Source: Candidatus Eiseniibacteriota bacterium (GTDB lineage: Bacteria > Eisenbacteria > RBG-16-71-46). Taken from it: a DNA stretch of 45,102 bases. Below the pieces are notes generated by a model. That model was not told where the DNA came from and did no database searches. It saw nothing but the letters and a program-made list of their open reading frames with translations. The stretch is from positions 1 to 45,102 of the forward strand of contig JBGAOA010000038.1 in the NCBI GenBank assembly GCA_044222065.1, in the 5' to 3' direction. Each line of letters opens with the position of its first letter. Positions within the stretch are counted from its first letter, which is position 1. Of the stretch, positions 1-9,000 are shown piece by piece. A program made the translations under genes and the position numbers.

Positions 1-660
1 GCGGCGATCGAGTGCGGCGAGCAGGCGTGCGAGCGCGCGGTCGGCGCCGGCGACGGCCGCGAGTTGCGCTTCCGAGCCCCAGCCCGAATCGTGTCCGACG
101 AGATCGCCGTTCGGCAGGTGCACGAACAGCACGCGCGGGGCGAAGCGTTCGATCCACGCGACCGCCGTGTCGGCGACGAGCGAGTCCGGGAACGTGCCGC
201 GCTCCGGCACGAACGCGTGGTCGAGCGAGCCCGGCCGCAGGAAGGTCACGAATTTCGACTTGCCCGCGACGAGGGCGGTCGAGATCCCGGCGCGGTGCGC
301 GAGGTCGAACAGCGTCGGCACCGCCGGGTAGACCGGGTGTTCGCGCGAGCGGTCGTCGTTCCACGTGATGCCGTGGCGGCGCACCTCGACGCCCGTGAGC
401 ATCGAGACGTGGGAGGGCAGCGTGACCGACTGCGGCGTCGTGCGCGCCCACATCGTGAAGCTGCCGCGGGCCATGAGCGCACGCATCGCCGGCGCGTTCG
501 TGCGCAGGAGCACGTCGGGGCGCAGCCCGTCCACGCTCACGATGAGGACGCGCGGTGCGGCGGCGGAGTGCACCGAACGAACGCCGGGAACGAGCGAGAG
601 GGCGGCGACGAGCGCCGCGATCGCGGCGAAGCGGGCGAAGCGGGGGAGCGGAGGGACCAT
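1..660 (-). CDS. Secreted alkaline phosphatase superfamily protein (nucleotide pyrophosphatase/phosphodiesterase type); 3' end runs off the window
   Basis: Absent from the ORF track; translated by hand from ATG at 660 (GAGGT RBS upstream): MVPPLPRFARFAAIAALVAALSLVPGVRSVHSAAAPRVLIVSVDGLRPD...SVTLPSHVSMLTG...HGITWN...VLFVHLPNGDLVGHDSGW. It has a signal peptide, the metal-binding SVDGLRPD motif, a Thr nucleophile (TLPSH) and a D-x-x-G-H ligand motif. Confidence 0.85.
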   Translation of the reverse strand, partial: MVPPLPRFARFAAIAALVAALSLVPGVRSVHSAAAPRVLIVSVDGLRPDVLLRTNAPAMRALMARGSFTMWARTTPQSVTLPSHVSMLTGVEVRRHGITWNDDRSREHPVYPAVPTLFDLAHRAGISTALVAGKSKFVTFLRPGSLDHAFVPERGTFPDSLVADTAVAWIERFAPRVLFVHLPNGDLVGHDSGWGSEAQLAAVAGADRALARLLAALDRR

Positions 661-784
661 CGCGGGGACCTCGAGCCGCAACCAGAGCCGGGGGACGAAC
701 GTGCGCGGCCGCACGATCGGGGAACCTACGACGCGGCCCGTGTCGCGCGCGAGTCGCCGGGGTTCGAGCGTGCGCGGCGCCGCA

Positions 785-1936
785 TCAACGCTTCGCGACG
801 AGCTTCCAGAACCGCGCGTCGTCGAGGATCGTGATGCGGTGGCCCTTCTCGCGGAGGCGTTTCGCCTCCATGAGCTTGAGGCCCGCGTCGCGGCCCGCGG
901 CCTGCAGCGTGTTTGGCCGGCCGCGCACGAGCACGGTCGTCTGCGCCGAGGGCCCGCCGTGGACGATCGCGCCGGCGCGCTTCGCAGCGCGGATCGCGTC
1001 CGCGCGCGGGCGGCTGAGGATGCCCGTGAACGCGAGGTGGACGCCTTTCAGCGACCGCAGTCCGCCCGAGCGCAGCGACGGCGGCGGCGTGCGGAGTGCG
1101 GCGATCATCTCGTCGGCGCTCTCGTAGCGCTTGCGGCGCTCGCCGAGGCAGCGGTGCACGATCTCCTTCAGGTGGTCGCTGCAGTCGAACCGCCGCACGT
1201 CGGCCGTCGTCAGGCGGTGATCGGCGTCCATGCGCAGCAGCATGCCGAGCAGCTGGCCGACCTGGTACACGTCGTCGCGCGCCTGCCACTTGGGGACGCT
1301 GCCGTCGAGGATGTCGCTCGGCGCGGTGAGCCGGTTCATCGTGCGCGCCGTGACGCCGTGGCGGTCGCCCTGCTGGCGCGTGATGCCGAAGTCACCGAGC
1401 TTCAAGCGTTCGCCCTCGCACACGAACACGTTGAGCGGCGTCAGGTCGCGATGGAGCATTTGCCCGCGGTGGAGCTTGCCCAGCACTTCGAGCAGGCCCG
1501 CGATCTCGGATCGCACCTTGCGCTCGTTCCAGCCGCGCGGCGAGCGGCGCAGGTAGGAGCGCAGGTCGCCGAAGCGCGCGTACTCGAGCGCGAGGCAGTA
1601 GAGCACCGGGCCGTCCGGCGTGAGCAGCGGGAACGCGTCGAAGGTCTGGATCGCGCGCGGCTGGCCATCGAGCAACTGGCCGAAGTACGCCTCGCGCAGC
1701 CAGCCGTCGATGCGCGTGCTCGCCTTGACGCACACGAACTCGCGCGAGCGCTCGCCGCGGCGCGCACGGAACGCCTGACCGAAGCCGCCCGCGCCGAGCA
1801 GGTAGTCGATGTGATAGCGCGCGTTCGTCTCGGGGCTCGTGACGATCTGACCCGGAGCGAACAGCAGGCGATCCGCTTCGCCCGTCGGGCGCGCGCGCGT
1901 GAGCGTGCGGGTGGTGGCGGTGGAGCGCTGCGACAT
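785..1936 (-). CDS. Hanks-type Ser/Thr protein kinase fused to a C-terminal BRCT domain (383 aa)
   Basis: Gly-loop LGAGGFG, VCVK lysine, HRDLTPLN, DFG and DVYQVG. The C-terminus GVHLAFTGILSRPRADAIRAAKRAGAIVHGGPSAQTTVLVRG...KLMEAKRL...ITILDDARFWKL matches the DNA-ligase-type BRCT pattern. Start placed at the internal ATG (1936) of the tracked 785..2173 ORF. Confidence 0.85.
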   Translation of the reverse strand: MSQRSTATTRTLTRARPTGEADRLLFAPGQIVTSPETNARYHIDYLLGAGGFGQAFRARRGERSREFVCVKASTRIDGWLREAYFGQLLDGQPRAIQTFDAFPLLTPDGPVLYCLALEYARFGDLRSYLRRSPRGWNERKVRSEIAGLLEVLGKLHRGQMLHRDLTPLNVFVCEGERLKLGDFGITRQQGDRHGVTARTMNRLTAPSDILDGSVPKWQARDDVYQVGQLLGMLLRMDADHRLTTADVRRFDCSDHLKEIVHRCLGERRKRYESADEMIAALRTPPPSLRSGGLRSLKGVHLAFTGILSRPRADAIRAAKRAGAIVHGGPSAQTTVLVRGRPNTLQAAGRDAGLKLMEAKRLREKGHRITILDDARFWKLVAKR

Positions 1937-2165
1937 GCGCGCAGTGTCGGCGATGCGGCGTGCGGAGGGAAGGGCGCGACGAGGCGGCGCGGAACGGCGT
2001 TTCGAACGGCGGCGAACCGCGCCGCCGAGGGAAGACCGGTGAGTGCCGCCGAAAGTCCGGCCGCCTTCGATCCCGCCGTCGTTCGACACCGGACATCGAA
2101 TCGAGGAAGGTGGCGTCCCGCCGCGTCCCGGCGTGGAACCCTGGCATCGCACGGAGGAGGCAGGC

Positions 2166-2531
2166 ATGGCCAAGTACGTCGACGGTTACGTCATCCCGAT
2201 CCAGAAGACGAAGGTGAAGGACTACAAGAAGCTCGCGACGCTCGGCCGCAAGGTCTGGATGGAGTACGGCGCGCTCGACTACTACGAGTGCGTCGGTGAC
2301 GCCCTGGACTCGGCGTGGGGCCTGTCGTTCAAGAAACTGTGCAAGCTCAAGGCGAACGAGACGCTCGTCTTCGCGTTCGTCGTCTACAAGTCGAAGGCCG
2401 ACCGAGACCGCATCAACGCGAAGGTCCAGCAGGACCCGCGCATGCAGCCAAAGCCCGGAAAGAAGTTCGTCATGCCGTTCGACCTGAAGCGCTTCTCGAC
2501 GGGCGGCTTCAAGGCGATCGTCTCGACGTAG
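2166..2531 (+). CDS. DUF1428 (YbaA-like) family protein, 121 aa
   Basis: MAKYVDGYVIPI...VWMEYGALDYYECVGD...DPRM...MPFDLKRFSTGGFKAIV is the typical DUF1428 signature. Strong GGAGGAGG RBS before ATG 2166. Confidence 0.9.
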   Translation: MAKYVDGYVIPIQKTKVKDYKKLATLGRKVWMEYGALDYYECVGDALDSAWGLSFKKLCKLKANETLVFAFVVYKSKADRDRINAKVQQDPRMQPKPGKKFVMPFDLKRFSTGGFKAIVST

Positions 2532-2711
2532 GCGGTCCCGTCAACGGCGGGGAGCGGCGCGACGCGCTCGCGATGCGCGGAGCGAGGTGACGCGTCGCCC
2601 CATCGCGCTCGTCGAAGACTCGGACGAGAGGCGCAGGACTGGCTGAGGACCGGCGAGCACGGGGCGGCGCTCGGGAGGCGCGCATCGGCCTGTGGCGCGA
2701 GCGCGAGAATC

Positions 2712-2787
2712 TGGCGTCCCCAACGAGATTCGAACTCGTGTTACCGCCGTGAAAGGGCGGTGTCCTAGGCCCCTAGACGATGGGGAC
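2712..2787 (-). tRNA. tRNA-Glu (anticodon TTC) with encoded CCA
   Basis: The reverse complement GTCCCCATCGTCTAGGGGCCTAGGACACCGCCCTTTCACGGCGGTAACACGAGTTCGAATCTCGTTGGGGACGCCA has acceptor stem GTCCCCA/TGGGGAC, anticodon arm CCGCC-CTTTCAC-GGCGG, T-loop TTCGAAT and a 3' CCA. Confidence 0.97.
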
Positions 2788-2792
2788 GCCTG

Positions 2793-2935
2793 GCAGGCTG
2801 CCGAAGAATCCGTTCACTGCGTCGGCCTGGTCGCGCCTCGCTGCGGAGTATCTTGCAGCCACGCCTCCGGGCACCCACGCGTAGCGTGGGTCGCGCTCCC
2901 ACGCCGCCTCGTCCTCGGCTTCTTCAGCAGCCTGC
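2793..2935. mobile_element. MITE/REP-like non-coding element with 16-bp terminal inverted repeats and an internal hairpin
   Basis: Left end GCAGGCTGCCGAAGAA (2793-2808) and right end TTCTTCAGCAGCCTGC (2920-2935) are inverted repeats matching at 15/16 positions. Internal perfect stem ACCCACGC-GTA-GCGTGGGT (2873-2891). No credible ORF. Confidence 0.6.
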
Positions 2936-2949
2936 TCGAAGAGCGCGAC

Positions 2950-2978
2950 AATCTAGTCGGCGTCGGCGATCGAAGCAA
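2950..2978 (-). promoter_or_regulatory. Putative sigma70-type promoter for tRNA-Glu
   Basis: Minus strand TTGCTT-N17-TAGATT in the intergenic region upstream of the tRNA. Confidence 0.4.
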
Positions 2979-3025
2979 ACGCGCCGCGCGGAGGTCCGAC
3001 TCCGCGCGGCGCGATCGCGTTCGCG

Positions 3026-5188
3026 CTACTTGAGCGAGACGGGAACGACGCGCGCTTCGTCGGCGAGCCCCTGCTCGATGAGCCGGCCCGCGGCCTTGTC
3101 GGCGGCCGCGCGCTCGACGAACGCGCCGAGCACGACGCGGTACGACGTCTCGCCGTTCTCGCTCACGGGCACCACGCGGGACGGCAGTCCGCTGCTCGCG
3201 CCGAGGCGCTGCGCCTCTTCCCGCGCGCGATCCTCGTAGAGCAGCGTGCGCACCGCGATGCCGAAGCCGCGCGTCGGCGCGGGCGCGGGAGTCTTCGCCG
3301 CTTCGGGCGCAGCGGGCTTCGGGCGCGCGGGCGTCGTCGCGGGCGCGCTCGACACCGCCGGCTGCGCCTGCGGCTTCGACTCGGGCGGGCTGACCGCGGG
3401 CTTCGTCGCGCTCGCCGCGGGCTTCGTCGCGTTCGCCGCGGGCTTCGTCGTGCTCGCGACCGGGTTCGTCGCCGCGGGCGGCGTCGTGACGGGCTTCGAA
3501 GCTTCCGCGCTCGGCTGCGGCTTCGGCGCTTCGGCGCTCGCGGCCGGCGGCGCGGATTCCGGCGCGCTCGTCGCGGGCGTCTCGGAAGGCGTGCGCTCGG
3601 CGCTCGTCGGCGCGGGCGCCGGAGCGGACGGACGCTTGAGGAAGCGTCCCGCGAGCACGCCCGAGATCAGCACGAGCGCGAGCACCGAGGCGACGACGAG
3701 CCAGCGGACCGCCGCGTTCGACGGCTCGGGCGCGTCCTCGAATTCGAGCTTGCGGCGCAGATTCGGCGGCAGCGATGCCATCGGGTCCGCGGCGCTCGCG
3801 GCCGGCTTCTCCACGACGTGAAGCGCGGGGGCCGCGGGTGCGGGCTTCGGCGCGGGCGGCTTCGGCGCCTTTGGTTCGGATTGAGCGGTCTCGTACGTGC
3901 GGCGCGGCGCTTCCGGCGTGTGCAGGAACTCGGATTCGTGGGCGGGCGCGGGCGTGCGCTCGCGCGTTTCCGCCGGCTTCGGCGCCGCGGGAGCGGGCGG
4001 AGCGGGCGCGGGAGACGGCGCGACGCTCGCCGACGGCGCGGGCTTCTCGGGCGCGGGCGTCGCCGCGGCGGCCGCGGTGCCGCCCGGCATCGAGGCGAGC
4101 GCTTCCCTCCACGAACGCCACGACTCTTCGTTCGTGGCGGGCTGCGGCTGCGGGTGCGGCGGGTCGGGTTCGACGCGCGCGACGTGCGTCGGCGTCATTG
4201 GGGGCGGCGGCGCGCTCGGCGGGACCGGCGTGAGCCGCACGGGCGCTTCGCTTCGCGGCGCCTCGGGCGCGGGCCGCGCGGGCGTTTCGCTGCGCGGCGG
4301 CTCGGGCGCGGGCGCCGTCCTCGCGGGGGCGGGCGGCGCCTCGGGCGCCGGCACCCCGCGCATGCTGCCGCGCACGACGCTCTGGAACTCGGTGTCGTTC
4401 TCGACCGCCGAGACGTGCGACGGCCGCACGACGTGCTGGTCCTCGACGAACGCGTTCAGCATCGCCTGCGCGGCGACGGTGTTGATCTCGCGCGGGATGC
4501 CGTGCGTGAGCCGGAATACCTCGCGGCACGCGTCGGCGGGGAAGATCGTCACCGCGTGCCCGCCCGCGACCGACAGCCGGTGGTGTACGTAACGCTCGGT
4601 GTCCTGCTCGTTCAGCGGATTCAGCCGGTAGTGCACGGCGATGCGCTGGCGCAGCTGGCGCAGTTCGGGGCGCGCGAGCACGGCTTCGAGTTCGGGCTGC
4701 CCGACGAGGAACACCTGCACGAGCTTCTCGCCCTGCACTTCCAGGTTCGACAGCAGCCGGATCTCCTCGAGCAGGTCGCGCGACAGGTTCTGCGCTTCGT
4801 CGAGGATCAGGATCGCGCGCTCGCCGCGCGCCCGCACCGCGAGCAGGTGGCGCTCGAGGTTCTGCAGGAGCTGCGGCTTGGTCGCGCCTGGCGGCGTGGG
4901 CACGCCAAAGCGCAGGCAGATCTCTTCGAGCAGCTCGTCGCGCGTGAGCGCCGAGTTCGTGATCAGCGCGACGACGACGCGCGACTGCCACTCGCCGAGC
5001 ACGTCGTACAGCGCCGTCGTCTTTCCGGTGCCGACCTCGCCCGTGATGAGCACGAACGGCTCGCGGTTCTCGATGCCGTAGCGCAGGTGGGCGAGCGCTT
5101 CCTGGTGCTCGCGGCTCGGATAGACGAAGCGCGACTGGTGGCCCGCGACGAACGGGTTCTCGCGTAGACCGAACTGTCTCTCGAACAT
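3026..5188 (-). CDS. ExeA/GspA-family AAA ATPase with Pro/Ala-rich linker, single TM helix and C-terminal SPOR domain (720 aa)
   Basis: The N-terminus MFERQFGLRENPF...HQEALAHLRYGI...ITGEVGTGKTT (Walker A), LILDEAQNL (Walker B), LVGQPEL, LRQRI and THGIPREIN is the ExeA pattern. TM segment WLVVASVLALVLISGVLAG. C-terminal SPOR-like segment FGIAVRTL...YRVVLGAFVERAAADKAAGRL. Confidence 0.85.
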   Translation of the reverse strand: MFERQFGLRENPFVAGHQSRFVYPSREHQEALAHLRYGIENREPFVLITGEVGTGKTTALYDVLGEWQSRVVVALITNSALTRDELLEEICLRFGVPTPPGATKPQLLQNLERHLLAVRARGERAILILDEAQNLSRDLLEEIRLLSNLEVQGEKLVQVFLVGQPELEAVLARPELRQLRQRIAVHYRLNPLNEQDTERYVHHRLSVAGGHAVTIFPADACREVFRLTHGIPREINTVAAQAMLNAFVEDQHVVRPSHVSAVENDTEFQSVVRGSMRGVPAPEAPPAPARTAPAPEPPRSETPARPAPEAPRSEAPVRLTPVPPSAPPPPMTPTHVARVEPDPPHPQPQPATNEESWRSWREALASMPGGTAAAAATPAPEKPAPSASVAPSPAPAPPAPAAPKPAETRERTPAPAHESEFLHTPEAPRRTYETAQSEPKAPKPPAPKPAPAAPALHVVEKPAASAADPMASLPPNLRRKLEFEDAPEPSNAAVRWLVVASVLALVLISGVLAGRFLKRPSAPAPAPTSAERTPSETPATSAPESAPPAASAEAPKPQPSAEASKPVTTPPAATNPVASTTKPAANATKPAASATKPAVSPPESKPQAQPAVSSAPATTPARPKPAAPEAAKTPAPAPTRGFGIAVRTLLYEDRAREEAQRLGASSGLPSRVVPVSENGETSYRVVLGAFVERAAADKAAGRLIEQGLADEARVVPVSLK
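3394..3456. repeat. 21-bp in-frame tandem repeat (3 copies, followed by a degenerate fourth)
   Basis: CCGCGGGCTTCGTCG(C/T)G(C/T)TCG at 3394, 3415 and 3436. It encodes TKPAANA/TKPAASA-type heptads in the linker of the AAA-SPOR protein. Confidence 0.85.
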
Positions 5189-5301
5189 TCGATTGAGCTT
5201 CCGGGTTCGCGTGCGGGGCGCCGACACGGCGCGCCGCAGTTATCGGCCGGGGGAGGGCCGGACTTGGGGACGACGGTAGCGCCGCGCGGCGCGCGGCGCG
5301 A

Positions 5302-5859
5302 TCAGCCTCGTTCGGCCGGGAGAAGCTCGCCGATCGTGAACAGCGGGCTGAACGCGTAGCCCCGCTGCTGGAAGATCTGGCTCGCGCCCTGGGCCCGGTC
5401 CACGACCGCGACGATGCGAACGATCTCGGCCTTGTAGGACTCCGCGGCTTCGGCGGCGATCAGCGCGCTCTCGCCGCTCGTGATGACGTCGTCGAGGATC
5501 GCGACGCGCTTGTGGCCGGCGAGGTTGCCCTCGACCTGGCCGCGCATGCCGTGGTCCTTCGTGTTGCGCCGCACGAGGAAGCCCTCGAGCGGACGGCCCT
5601 GCTCGGCGCTGTGCAGCATGACCCCGGCGACGAGGGGATCGGCGCCGAGCGTGAGCCCGCCGACGGCCGTGACGCCGTCCTCGCGCAGGTGCTCCCAGAT
5701 CATCTTCGAGATGAGGCGCAGGCCCTCCGCGTGGAGGCTCGTCTTGCGCACGTCGATGTAGTAGTTCGAGGTGATGCCCGAGCTGAGGACGAATTCGCCG
5801 AAGCGCATCGAGCGCTCGAGCAGAAGCTGGCGGAGTCGGTCGCGATCCTGGGGTTCCAT
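5302..5859 (-). CDS. pyrE: Orotate phosphoribosyltransferase
   Basis: FGEFVLSSGITSNYYIDVR, GGLTLGADP, RRNTKDHG and the PRPP-binding motif ILDDVITSGES. Confidence 0.95.
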   Translation of the reverse strand: MEPQDRDRLRQLLLERSMRFGEFVLSSGITSNYYIDVRKTSLHAEGLRLISKMIWEHLREDGVTAVGGLTLGADPLVAGVMLHSAEQGRPLEGFLVRRNTKDHGMRGQVEGNLAGHKRVAILDDVITSGESALIAAEAAESYKAEIVRIVAVVDRAQGASQIFQQRGYAFSPLFTIGELLPAERG

Positions 5860-5906
5860 GGGGCTCCACGTCGGTAGAGTCGGCGGGGCGATGTCGAGCG
5901 GCGGCG

Positions 5907-5935
5907 AGTCTGCTCTCGGGGTGTGGAACCGTCAA
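5907..5935 (-). promoter_or_regulatory. Putative sigma70-type promoter of pyrE
   Basis: Minus strand TTGACG-N17-CAGACT, ~47 nt upstream of the pyrE ATG. Confidence 0.45.
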
Positions 5936-6053
5936 GGCCCGGGAGCGCTCGCAGTAGCGGCTCGCGCGCGGGCCGGGCTAGACTTTCGCCCGAACTCGCG
6001 ACCGGAACTCCCCGCCTTCGCACAGGGCCGGTCGCGCTTCGTCTCTGAGGACC

Positions 6054-9000
6054 ATGCGACCCCTGACGCGCGTCGGAATCCTGCTGCGGTTCACAGCCCT
6101 GCTGTGCGGCGCGGGCGTGAGTGCGACGGCGGCCGCGGCCCCCGAGTTCCGCACCGACGCGCTCGAGATCGAACTCTCGCCGGCCGCCGTCGCCTCCGCG
6201 CGTGCGAGCGCGCTCGCGGCACGCCGGGCGGGCGTTGAAGCGGCGCCGCGCGCGAGCCTCGGGATCGCTGCGCTCGACCGCTTCGCACGCGCGAGCGGCG
6301 CGGCATTCGAGCCGGTGTTCGCGGGCGAGGATCCGAACGATCCGGAGGGCGCGCGGCTTTCGGCGTGGTACCGCGTGCGGCTCCCGGAAGGCGTTCCGGC
6401 CGGGGACGCGCTCGCGACGCTGCGCGCGACCCCCGAAGTCGCGCACGCCTCCCGCATCGCGCTGCTGCCGGTCGCGCGCGTGCCGAACGATTCGCTGTGG
6501 AGCGTCTCGACGTGGTTCTACCAGCCCTCGCGCGCCGACGTGCACGCGCCCGAGGCGTGGGACGTCACGACCGGCGACTCGTCGGTCGTGGTCGCGATCG
6601 TGGACACGGGCGTGCTCGCCTGGCATCCCGACCTCTCGGGCACGCTGCCGTCCGGGCCGTCGCTGCTGTGGCGCAACGCTTCGGAAGCGAACGGCGTCGC
6701 GGGCGTGGACGACGACGGCAACGGCTTCGTGGACGACGTCACCGGCTGGGACTTCGTGAGCCTCGCAACGAGCGCGCAGGCGGTCGCGGGCGAGGACTGG
6801 CGCGACGCCGACGCCGACCCGAACGACTTCTCCGGCCACGGCACCGAAGTCGCGAGTCTCGTCTCGGCGCTCACCGACGACGGCATCGGCGTCGCCGGCA
6901 CGACGTGGACGACGAAGCTGATGGCGCTGCGCATCGGCTGGTCGGCGCCGTCCGCGCCGCCCGGGCTCGTGGACATGAGCTATGCGGCTTCGGCGATCCG
7001 CTACGCCGCGCGCATGGGCGCGCGCGTCATCAACTGCTCGTTCGAGACGCTCAACCAGGGCGGGCTGCTCGCGGCCGTGGACGCGGCGACGCGCGCGGGC
7101 GCGCTCGTCGTGAACGCCGCCGGGAACTCGAGCCCGAACATCGCGCTCGCCCAGCGCGAGGACGTGCTCGCGGTCGGCGCGACCGACGCGAACGACGTCG
7201 TCGCGAGCTTCTCGAACACTGGCGCCTACGTGGACCTGTGCGCCCCCGGCGTCGGACTCACCGCCGCAAGCGTCACGCACGCGGGCGCGGACAGCATCGG
7301 CTCGCGTCTCGCCAGTTACGCGACCGGCAGCGGCACGTCGCTCTCGGCGCCGATCGCCTCGGGCGCCGCGGCGCTGCTCGCGGCGCGGCGGATCGCGCTC
7401 GGCGAGCCGCCGCTCCACCCGCTCGACGTGATCTTCCGGCTGCGCGAGACGGCCGACGACGTCGCCGCGCAGAACCCGGGGCTCACGGGCTACGGCACGG
7501 GACGGCTGAACCTCGAGCGCGCGCTGCTCGAAACACACACCTCGCGCGTCCGGCGCGCGGGCGCGCGCACGATCGGTCCCGCGGTCGTGCGCGCGCGTGC
7601 CGCGGGCGGTGCGAACCTCGCGTTCGTCACGAACAACAACCGCTTCCTCGTACTCGACGGCGTCACGCTCGACACGCTCGCGAACGCCGCGCTGCCGGGG
7701 CGTCCGGCGCGCCAGCTCGCGGCGGCGGCGTTCGGCGCGGGCGGCGTCGGCTACTTCACCGGCACGTCGAACGGCCGCATGCTCGGCCTCGACGACTCTG
7801 GCCTGCCGCTCGCGGGCTGGCCGTACGACGCGGGCGACGCGCTGCTGTCGTTCGCCGCGGGGCCCGCGCTCGGCGACCTCGACGGCGACGGCGTGCTCGA
7901 GATCGTGTGCGGCGCGAGCGACGGCCAGCTCTACGCGTGGACGTTCGACGGCCAGCTCGTCGCGGGCTTTCCGTTTTCGAGCGGCTCGGCCTCGCTCGCC
8001 TTCCCGATCGCGCTCGCGAACCTCGACGGCGCGCCGGGCGACGAGATCGTCACGACCGCGAGCGACGGGCGCGTCACGGTGTTCGGCGCGAACGGCCTCG
8101 CGCTTCCGGGCTGGCCGGTCACGCTCACGGCGCCTGCGCCGAGCACGCCGCCGGTGGTCGCCCGGCTTGGGTCCTCGCCCGCGATCCTGTTCGGCCGCGG
8201 ATCCGAAGTGCGCGCCTACGGCGCCGACGGCTCGCACCGCTTCACGTACGCCTCGGGCGTGTCGCTCGTGCAGGAGCCGATCGCGGCCGACCTCGACGGC
8301 GACGGCGCGCGCGAGGTCGCGTGCGCGGGGAGCACGGGCGCGACCCACCGGCTCGCGACGCTCGACACGCTCGGAAACCTGCGCGCGGGATTCCCGGTGA
8401 CGCTCGCGGCGAGCGTGAGCGGCGCGCTCCTCACGGGCCCGCTCGCCGCGGGCGCGCCCCGCGCGCTCGGCGTCATGACCGCCGCGGGCTTCGCGGCGTA
8501 CGACGGCGCGGGCGGCGCGCTCGCGGGCTGGCCGAAGCCCGGGCTCGCGGGCGCCTCGGCGACGATCGCGGCGCGCGATGCGAGCGGCCACGCGGCGCTC
8601 ATCGCGGGCGCCGGCCCCGACTCGCTGCTCTACTTCTACGACGCCGGTCCCGGCAGCTGGGCCGCGGTCGCGAACGCGTGGGCGACGCCGCGCGCCGACT
8701 TCGCGCGGACGGGCTCGACGCTCGCGCCGCCGCCGCCGCTGCCGCCGCTCGACGATGCGGCGCCGTCCGCGATCGCCGACCTGCGCGCGGACTCGATCGG
8801 CGCGGACGGCGTCGCGCTCGTGTGGACCGCGCCCGGCGGAGACGGCGCGCTCGGCAGCGCCTCCGGCTACGAGCTGCAGCTCGTGACCGTGCGTTCCGAC
8901 GCGGGCACGTTCGGCAACGGCGTGCGCACCGACCTCGGCGCGCCGGCGCTCGCGGGCAGCGCGGAGCGCTTCGTCGTGACGGGCCTCGCGAGCGGCGTCA

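Noticed and set aside
1983..2026. 10-bp inverted repeat GGCGGCGCGG/CCGCGCCGCC in the divergent kinase/DUF1428 gap
   Set aside because: Pure-GC stems of this length are plausible by chance at this composition. There is no U-tract or recognisable operator.
2559..2598. GC hairpin between the convergent DUF1428 and tRNA genes as a terminator
   Set aside because: The stem is imperfect and lacks a poly-U tail on either strand, so it cannot be supported as an intrinsic terminator.
2692..3033. 113-aa ORF spanning the tRNA
   Set aside because: It is an antisense translation of tRNA-Glu plus the inverted-repeat element, not a credible protein.
3394..3477. Short direct repeats as a possible CRISPR array
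   Set aside because: The units are contiguous with no spacers, lie in frame within a coding linker, and no cas genes are present.
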